Assembly (NCBI GenBank): GCA_012295275.1
Contig: CM022665.1
Location: 30,938,001 to 31,002,000 of the forward strand
Source: Chrysomallon squamiferum
Taxonomy: Eukaryota; Animalia; Mollusca
DNA: 64,000 nt
Direction: 5' to 3'
This document shows, piece by piece, positions 53,591 to 64,000 of the stretch. Positions within the stretch are counted from its first letter, which is position 1. Each line of letters starts with the position of its first letter. A model generated the notes under the pieces. The model made no database searches, was not told the DNA's origin, and was given only the letters and a program-made list of their open reading frames with translations. Position numbers and translations under genes: made by a program.

Positions 53591-56500
53591 TTTGGGGTAT
53601 TTAAATGTTTTATGTGTATATTATTTAGTTGTGGAATTATTTTATGTAAAAGAAGATAGGTAACTAAGTGTAAATATCTGCACTGAAAATTATTCATCTG
53701 ATGTTCAAACAACAGACTTCTTATCAGCAAGAATCTATTTTAATCAAAGAAATGAATTCAAAGAAAAAATGACAAAAAGATTTCCATTAATAAAAACTTG
53801 GTTAATACGTAGACTAAGCCACTGGTGTAATCTTACAAGACTGTGAAAACTCAAATTCATTTCCACACACGAATCATATTTCACTGATCAACACGCGTAA
53901 AATATTCCAAAAGTAATCTGGTTATTAACTCGACAAATTCTTTCGAAATGGACTGGCGATGTCTTCACAAAGCAAACAAACTTACTAGCATTCGGCCTTT
54001 CTAAAGAAGAGTTGCGGCATCCTCTGGAGACCATGTTTTTCTGGTATGTTTAATGATGAGAATGTTTCCCGAAGAGCATCAGGTTCGTTGATCGCGCAGA
54101 CGTAAGAAAGCCCGTTTTCCCTGGGGACCGAGATATCATAATCCATGCATATATCTTAATATGCTGGACAAAACGAAGCCTTGATGTTTGGAATCAAATA
54201 AACGTAAGAAGAGCGTTGTGGTGTTTTGCCACCTCGAGCCGCGCTGCTAATCGAAGCGAGATGGAAGGCGTCTTCAATAATAAAAGGAGTCGCTGCCTCG
54301 TGGGACGTCTGCAAGCACGAACAGTTCGTGTCTTATGGATAATCATGGAAATATGAAAGAAATGTCTCCTGGAAATCAGAAGATGGTCTCTAGAGGCCTG
54401 GGAGCCACTTACGGTAATTTGATACTCATTTAACACACACAAGCTTATTTGGCGTAATGGCAATTTTCATATGCGATCCATTCTTAACGGCAGCATAAGA
54501 TTAGTGGTTTTCTTAAGTGACGAGGCGGAATGGCTTTCCCTGGAGACGCCAGGATACTTTTGTTGCAGACCTAACGGAAACACGATAACAGAGCCGTGAC
54601 TTGTTTGCAAGACAAGACATGCATCCCGTCTGTCACATAATATGCAATGAATTCAATAACCGAAACTGTTACTCCGTTACACACAGGTCGAGCTTTTTTT
54701 CGTGATCTTTTTTCCTTACAATTGTTCTGAACTATGAAGGTCCTTTCACCAACACACGTCAGATGAACCAGTTGCGTGTCTAACTTACAGCTTTCAGTCT
54801 GTGTTCTAACTTCGCCTTTATTAACTATTGTACTAATCTCACATATCTCTCATTGTTGCTGCTGCACCAGTTGCACCAGTTGCAGCCATGGATTCCTTTT
54901 TTCTCATATTTTTAATTATTAACGGTGATATTATTATTAACTCGTCTATTAAGTTTATATCTCTTGTCGTGTTACTGTTGATATGCACTGAACTACTTGC
55001 CTGTTTGGAGCACAATGCATAATTTATAAATAATTAGTGAATAAGTCAAATGTCTTGTATTCCTAATTCATAATGACATCATAAGATTAACAGTGTCTCT
55101 TCACTACTGAAACATAGTTTCTTTTTTTTAATTATCATTATTATATACATATATATATTTAATTTTTTATTGTAATCTTTCCACAGCTCTCACTGCTGTA
55201 TTAGTATGACTATATTTTGTAACATACCGCGCTCTGTCAGCTGTAAACGTCTTATATCCAGCACGATCTACTGTACTGGTTGTATCTCTCTTGTGTTATT
55301 ACTTGTTTTCGTACAACATATTTGAATTTTGTATTATAACCATATTTCTTGTGTTTATGAGATCTAAAATAAGTATTTATTAATTTTTTCTGCTACTGAA
55401 CCGCCCGTCGATATTTATCTTAATTTCATATTGTTACTTGTTGTAGCAACCAGCGTATTTGTTTCATTTTAATTAATAATTCACAAGTGTTGATATCCTG
55501 GTCATTTATTATTACATTCCATATCGAAGTTAACCACAATCTTTATTATTTTCGTATTTCAAAATTTAGTTTTTTTCGATGTCGTTGCTGTTGTTGTTGT
55601 TTCTTGAATGAATTTATATCTAGATTTAGATTAAATTTACCTTACAAATTACGAAAAAGAATACTTCAAGTTTTTATTTGCTAATTCTTTCATGCATCTT
55701 TACATTATATTTCTGGCTTCATTCTCTTTTTGAAAGTTTGAAAAAAACCAGCATTTTCATATCTTATCTATTCAACGTTCAACAATGCGTAACCAAGAAC
55801 TGAATTACAATACCGCGCTTCAGTTTAAAATTCATCATAAGATTATGTGCTAATGATGTAGGCCTTTGACATGTGGGTTGGAACAGAGGTCTGTTTGTGG
55901 CATACTACCAACAGGGGGCGCTTCTGAATAACACCTGGGACTATAATTACTAGCTGTGAGATGAATGGCGAGAAGCCGGCTGCAGCCGATAAAGACTCCC
56001 ATCTTGGAAGTGTTAGACAAGAAAACGATGGTTTGTGTCAGGCCGGCAGATTCGAATACCTCAACTTGTTAATTCTGATATGAAATGTGGTCACTAGTAC
56101 TTTATAGCTTAGCTTTCTGATATACCTGTATGATTTGATAGTTAGGAAAAAAATATTAGTGAATTAGTATGAATGAACGAAAGAATGGATCAACGACACG
56201 ATGAATAAAAGAAGGAAGGAAGGATCGTAAGGAAAGAATAAACTAATAAATGAACTAATCAGCCAGTGAATGAATGAAAGAATCAAAGAACTAATTAAAA
56301 AATGAATGGATGGATGAATGAATTAACCAAGCAACAACCCAACCAACTAACCTACTAACTAGCAAATAATAAATAATCAACAAGACCTAAAATATTTTTC
56401 TAGGAACGATCATTTGATTTCAGACATATTATTGGGTTGGAAAAAAATTCATGGCGGTTTTTATTAGGTTTTTTAAATAGGTGATGTTTGAGTAGGTTTT

Positions 56501-57065
56501 TTCGTAAAATATATATATATATATACACATACTCACAGACACACAAACACACACGCACGCACACGCACACACACATATATTCTGAAAAGAGACAAAATGA
56601 CACATTTGTTGACTAAATCTGTGTACGAATATCTAAATATTGTCTTTGAATTTCACTTAAAAACGCGATGAACTTTTTTACAACCAATATTATTTGTATA
56701 TAAGGAAATACAGAATGAATGTTATTTATTTTCCGTCCATTGTCATTTCAAATACATATATATAAACTAATAAGTAATTATATTCTGATCAAAATTACTA
56801 AGAAATATAAAGGTTTTAATAACTTAACGATTATTCGTGTTAGCATTTATTTGTATAGTTTGCATGGAGAACCTTAAAATTAGTAATTCGAATCAATTTT
56901 TCATTATGAAAAAATAGTTACATCGTCATAAATAATTAATTTCAGAAAAATAAAATACGGATTAAATTTAAATAATTAATAAATTAAATAAAATAAATTT
57001 ATTCAAACACTGATAAGAAGACCTTCGCAGATGTTTAACGATGCAGATTAGAATATATTTACATA

Positions 57066-57096
<31 letters not shown>

Positions 57097-60000
57097 ATGT
57101 ATATGTTCTGGCAGAAAGAAAACAGCATTAATAAATAATGAAAGAAAGCATAGAAAACAAAAGAAAAAATTAAGGAACAGAAGAAAGTAAAAGAGCAGAG
57201 AAGGGAAAGCAAAAAACAAAAGAGAAGAGAAACAAAGAAAGAAAATATTAAAGAAAAAAAAAAGAAAAATAACCGAAGCAAACAGTAATAAAGAAAAAAA
57301 ATCCGATTACAAAGAAAGAAGGAATCACAGAAAAAAGAAAAAAATAATAATAGAAAAAATGGAAACCCCCCCAAAACCATAAAGTAAGTAAGTATATAAT
57401 ATAATATAATATAATGTAATATAAACCAAATAAATATATCAAACAAAACAAAACCAAATAAACAAAAACAAAACAAAAATTAAAACAAAACACAAAATAA
57501 AAAAATAAATAAATAACTAAAGCAAAATAGAACATAATACAAACAAAACGAAACGAAACGAAACAAAACAAAGACAAAAACTGTATAAATAAACAAAACA
57601 TGAATGGATAGATAATTAATCCGTACATCACTATTTTCACCACTGTCTGATGTGATGTGTTTAGAACTTAAAACCGCTGTTTGGCGAGATAGGATATGAC
57701 GGATGATAAATTGTTTAAGATCTGTAGTCGCTGTCATTAAATGACATTTCGCGGAGTAAATATATCTAAATTGTGTCTGACTCGGCATCTTATTGGATCT
57801 TCTCTCTTTAATAAGAATAATATTATTGCGAACTTTCCGTTATCTTACTCTCCGATACCATCATCATTGCCGTGTTCCCTAATGATTTTTCTTTATTACA
57901 TCTAAACGGAATGAGACGGTAACAGAAATAAACGCGGTGAAAGTAGGTTTCACGTTTCTGTTCAAAGACGAACAAATAAGACGTATATTTTTAAAGGTTT
58001 CATTTTTCTATTATTTCCAGTGTTTATGAGATATTATAATGATCTCATTTCATTTCTTGTGTATTCTGAATTGTTGGATGCTTAATTTTATTTTGTGTGC
58101 AATTCAAAGAGGAATGAGAAAACGAAAACAGTGAAAGGGGTAGACAAACAAACTGTTGTATTAGTAGATGGATGAATTGTTATTGTAATTACTATGTCTA
58201 TTCGTGGATGAGTGAATTTAACATTTCACTAATTTAGTACGTAATGGTTTTAAAAATTACTACACAAAATAATAAAGAAGTAAATAAAATAAAAAGCGTG
58301 TAACAGTTACTGACATATATTATTTATGTTCATCAAGCAGGGATATTCTATATGATTCATAATATATAAATGTAAGGTATCTTATGATGAAAGCATTAAA
58401 ACAGTTTATGTGTAGTTTATATTCATGAGCACAATTTATTGTTATTTAAAATATTTCACCTGAAAAAAATAAATACCAATATTAATTAATTAATTTAATA
58501 AGTAAGTAAGTAAACATCAAAGAACAATAAATAACTTGAGTAAGAAAATTAAATTTAATTAATTAATTAAACTAAAATAAAATAAATATCGGCATTCTAA
58601 TTTGTTTTCTTCTGGGACATAGTAATTTGTTTTTAATTTAATACAGTATTTATTTCATTTCAATATTAGATAACGAAAAAAATTATTATAATAATAATAA
58701 TAAATAAATATCTACAGAAAGTGGGCTCCTAGCAAACAAACAAACTGCTGGGAACATCACATTACAACCACAAGAAAAAGCAATTACATCGCTCTCGCTA
58801 CTACGGTCAAATAAGCCGCATGTTAAAATACAACAGTCATTCAACAGAGTTTAGAAAAACTGAGTGGAGTGTTAGCGTTTAAGACGTGTATGTTTTTTAA
58901 GCTAATGATAGGCCTCTCAAGCCTTTTCAGCCACAAAACGTGGACATCACTTTTACACGTCAGCAGATCTGGAACGTGTTGCCCTTGTCCCTCATTTCTA
59001 AAACCAGTCATGTAAAGAGAATAGCTAAGACTCTAGAAAAGACCTGTCAGAGTGCGTGATAAGCACTGGCGCGTGCTCGCCACGCGAACACCACGTTTGC
59101 CTTCGAATAGCATGCCGGGAGGTAGCGTGCTGCCTTGGTCAGACACCAATTGTTAAAGAGTCGATCATTCACTCGGAAGAGAAAGCATCATTTCTTTGTC
59201 AGAAGAGTGGGCCATAAAATACGTCATATCTCCAATCTTCCATATTAAAATTAATATCTGACAGCCTGACTTCTATTATGTGTGCTGCCCAGCCGTCCGC
59301 CTGATCGTTATTTGTGAATGCAGAAAATGTACAATTGTAAAATACGCACAACTTCGGTTTTTCAGGTTATATTCTATTATACTTGTCAATGTAATTTACA
59401 GTTATACGTACATACGTATATATTAAAAATATAATAATAACAACAACAACAATAACAACATTATTTTTATTATCTATTTCCACGGGCTGATTAAAATCAC
59501 TTGAGATGAAATTTATAGTTAATCTCTCAAACAATTAGTTTTTATTATATTTTACATTGACTCTTTTCATCATGGATCTAGACTGGAGTAGAATAAAATG
59601 TAAAAGAATCATTAATCTTCCTTATTTTATTTATTTTACTTCCTCCCCCCCACCTTCTGATATTCTTTATTCGTCTTTTTTTAGATTCAGTTATTGTTCA
59701 CACATAATTATTTGTTTGTGTGAGTGTGTGTATGCGCGCGTGGGTGCGTTAGTATGCGCGGGTTTGGGCGTTTGTATGACAAGTGCTTCATGAAAATAAA
59801 TATAAATAAAAATATCGTCCAGTAAGTCTTTAAAATTGCTTCAATTTTTTAAATGGACATTTTTCTTTTTAGAACCACTTTGTTGGATTTTTTTTTAAAA
59901 TGTATTTTTAATATTTATTTATTTTTTTAATTCTTATTTTTCAAGAGTTAAAATTAATTTCTGTGTGATCTTACTAGTGCATATTCTTTTCAAATTTATT

Positions 60001-61322
60001 TTTATTTTCAGAAAAAAAGTTTTAAAAAAATAATAATAAAAGGAAGAAAGAAAAAATAAAGCAAAAAGTTCTGTTTTAATCTTAGCAATTTTACCAGAAA
60101 TCAGAGCTAAAACTGCAGTAATGTTTTGAAACAACAATACCATTCGTTTCCCGGCAACCGTAAGTGCAAGAAAAATAACTGCCACACGAAACGCTGTGCG
60201 TCATTTATCCTAAATAAATACATCAATTGTACGCTGATTCTTTATTTTTTCCATTAATAATATTTCACTAAACAAAACAGATGATTTCGATAGGTTAATG
60301 TAAAATGTTTCCAAGTCACTGGGGACTTCTTAACGATGCAATGATTTTTTATTTTTATTTTTATTTTTTTTTCAGGTATGTTTAGGCTAACTTTAAGGTG
60401 TTTACTGATTGCTTGTGTGCTAATTACGCGATGTCGTGTAAAATTAATGGATATCAAAATCTTTCTGAGAAATAATGCTGGAGAAAATTAAAGGTTATTA
60501 ACGTTTCAATTAAGTGAATTCGAAAATCTTTCTTTTTATTAAAAATTGTGAAATAGATATAAGCATGAAACTTGGTGATAATTAATTTGTAATCAATAAG
60601 AAATATTTGGATGGAAGATACATAAAGGCCTGCTCCTTCCTGGTGTCCCTGTTTTCAAGTTCCAAACCTTTTGGGAAGATGCTCCTTATTCGTATATTAT
60701 AAATGTGGTTAAATATTAATTTCATATAAATGTAAAAAGTAGCCTATGAATGGCAGTAGCAAGTTTCCAATCTGAACAAAAAGAACACTAACAACAACAG
60801 CAATAACAACAACAACAACAACAAATAAATAAATAAATACATTATTTTTGTTATTGTTTTGCATCATTTACTGTCGTTATCATTTTCAATATTATTATTA
60901 TATGCCATATTGTGATCATTCATTCAAAATCATGTGAGGTGTCCGTAAGCAAAACATTCACCGAATCGAATAAATAATGTATATGCATATTATTCATCAT
61001 ATAGTTAGTTTCCAGCGAACAGACTAGAGATCAAGAAAGGAATAATAAATGTCTGACGGATTAACATGTAAGAGTTATCAAGAACTGTTGGACGGATCGT
61101 TGAGTTTAATTAAATTTTGGACGGACTGATGGACACACGTATCGGTAAATGGAAGGCTGGATGAACGGATGGATACGTCAACACATGAATGAGAAAAAGA
61201 TATTTTAATACCATGAAATCAACCATTGGTTTTCTCTACTTACCCGATCGAAAAAAAAAAAGACAAGTATATAAATATAGTTGAACGCAAACACTCTATT
61301 GGTAATATTTATCTGAAAAATG

Positions 61323-61356
<34 letters not shown>

Positions 61357-62916
61357 CAGAGGAGAAATATAATTTCAGAAAACAGGTGACAGAATTATTA
61401 TGTTTCATAAAACTTTCAAGGTAAATAAATTGAATTTCATTGTAAAGAAAAACAATAAGCTGAAAAAAGAAAATAGGGTGGGGCGCACATCTTGTAATAT
61501 GCTAATAAACCAGAGTAATGAAAACTTCTTTAAATATAAACCTGCATTACAGATTACGATAAAGAATTATTTATTTTTTATTGTAATTATTATCATTCTA
61601 AATCTGTTTTAAAAACCATATGATATTTCAAAGATTATTTTATTTTCTTATTATTGTTGTTGTTGTTGTTGTTGTTGTTATGTATATATATGAAGTCCAA
61701 ATTGTGTTAAAAATATATAAAACATCCTGAATATGAATACAATTTATTTTAGATATTTTTCGGTTGATTTAAAATGTGTTTATATAGGTTTATGTAGAAT
61801 TTACTTCGGAGTGTTACTGTAAATATTTTATTATTTTCTATTATTTTAATTTGAATTTCACTTTGGGGTTTGTAGACTTAAAAATTCACTGACATGCCTC
61901 ACTGAGTACTGTCACCAATTTTTAAGTTTTTAAATTTTTTTAAATGTGCAAGAAATATTTCATTTATTAAAAAATATTTTATATGTGGATAGAAGGATTG
62001 ACGGATGGGTAAAGGGAAGGAAGAATAAATGGATGTAACTGCTTTGTTCATCTTGGTCAATTTTTTCAGGTGTAAAGCGCAATGAAGTCAATGAACAAAA
62101 CACATTTCAAACTCTAATTAGCCTTTAAAATGTTCTTTCAATGGAAGACACGCTCATGTTTATGTTTGTAATAGGGCTTTTGTGAATTTTACGTTTGTGT
62201 TAAATTTTCTATTTGTAATAATGAAAAGCAGCTGGGAGAGAGGTCCTGACATTACACTGTTACTGATTGTTGTGTCAAAACGGGTCCTAGCCTTAATACA
62301 AAGGCAACATTTTAAAATGTAACAAGTTAACAAGCTCATTCAGTTGTCCCCCTCGCCTCGCGCGCTTTACTGTCTTTTGATGCCTTTCTTTTGAAAATGG
62401 GCTGGCAGCAGATTGGCGCGGATTGGCGCGTGACCCAAGGTCGTTCCGGACAGACTGTGCACGAGGACGCACCGGAGAAATGATTGGATTAGATTAATAC
62501 TCGATTAAGAAGGCAATCAACAAACACACTCAGAAACGGAGACACAATTAATTTTGTCATCAGCTGATTTGTTTCATATGATATGATTTGTTTCTTGTTG
62601 AGAAACCCATCAAGAATATTCTATTAAGCATCTTAATTCAGATGAGCTCATACCACACTTTCGCAGACGGGAATAATGAATTTTTTGTGACGTTTCTTTA
62701 CACCATACTGTGCTTGTAATGCAAACGGAGATTGGTTTCTTCGGCTGTCACTGTCGAAAAATTTACAATCCAAATTAATAACCATTGCGATAGGATGTAT
62801 TGAAACAACAAAATTAAAAATTTGTTTTATTTTTTAAATTAGAATTTCTGATTCATTAAAAAAAAAAAAAAAAATAAGTTTAAAAGAAATCCTGAAAAAA
62901 TAACATTCATTATTTC

Positions 62917-62917
<1 letters not shown>

Positions 62918-63000
<83 letters not shown>
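62918..63000. repeat. (AG)n microsatellite
   Basis: Seen directly in the sequence. Confidence 0.97.
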
Positions 63001-63002
<2 letters not shown>

Positions 63003-64000
63003 TTTCAATATAAATAAATTCATTATAATATTTTAAACATTTGTCGACCAAAAATGCGGGGGAAAGGCTGGATTACTGTTCCTAACTACATCCAGATGTG
63101 TCTGACAAAATGACAGAAGGACGAACAAACAGAAAATAGAATCTTTTAATTTAAAAATATTGATAGAACTTTTATCGCTACGAAATAGAAAGTGATAGTG
63201 AAATAATATATGTCCCTCGATGTTTTTTCTCGGGGCGTCAGTTTGTGATCAACTTGGAATAAATATTGACCAGTTACATGTCTTTGATCTTCTCAAAGTG
63301 ATATATCACGGAAACATAGCCAGGGGAAAAGATAAAAACATATAGTTTTCTCTTTTATTGCTAAATAATTTCTGGTGGGTACGATTCTTAATATTTCAGA
63401 AAAGAAAAATGAGAATTCGTTTTTCTAACAGTAGCTGTTCAAAAGATAACTCAAGACTAAAATAAAAAGGGTTATTAAAACTAATGCAAAGCGTATCAGA
63501 CATTTTTGACGTTTAATTGTCTTTGACGAAACCGTAGCTTCAAATTTGTCTTGTTACAGTCAGCTGTGATTTGAAAGTGTTTTACCTAACTAGATACAAA
63601 GGAAAAATCTAACTTCTGTAATAAATAAGAAACTGTAAAAAGATATGAGAGAATGAAAGCAAAAACAAAAAACAAACAAAAAAAAAACATTCCTTTTCGG
63701 GTCATTGTAACAAAAGCTTTTACATGTTATTGTTGTTATCGTTTTCACTTATTAAAACAATATTTAAGAAAAAAAAAATAAATAATAAATAAATAAATAA
63801 ATAATAATAATAAAGAAATTTAATAAGTAAAAAAAAATAATAATATTCAGCGGATGTTGGAAAACGAACGCTAGTCGCTCAAGCTAAAAGTCTGATGTTC
63901 TGCCGACTGAGCTATCAAGGAGCTTTTGTGACAAAAATACAAGGATGTTTAATTAATAATATTTTTATGGTTAAAATGATCAGTTTAACATGCATGTATT

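Overview
AT-rich, microsatellite-laden animal genomic DNA; an invertebrate bilaterian, possibly a mollusc, but the taxon is only inferred. No prokaryotic features. Two genes lie head-to-head. (1) A prospero/Prox homeobox gene on the minus strand: a large coding exon (107-1785) ending in a minor-spliceosome U12 AT-AC donor (ATATCCTTT), a candidate 77-nt 5' exon (5580-5656) and a candidate non-coding first exon ending at 13653. Its homeo-Prospero domain lies left of the window. (2) A complete 13-exon DLST (2-oxoglutarate dehydrogenase E2) gene on the plus strand (13840-23582, 466 aa), reconstructed by hand with consistent intron phases and a probable GC-AG first intron. The two 5' ends appear to share a promoter of under 200 bp, echoing the human PROX2-DLST divergent pair. 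The remaining ~39 kb has no recognisable coding sequence. It alternates simple repeats with CpG-retaining islands carrying transcription-factor-like motif clusters and several locally duplicated elements, suggesting a Prox regulatory landscape that spans a bystander housekeeping gene (inference).
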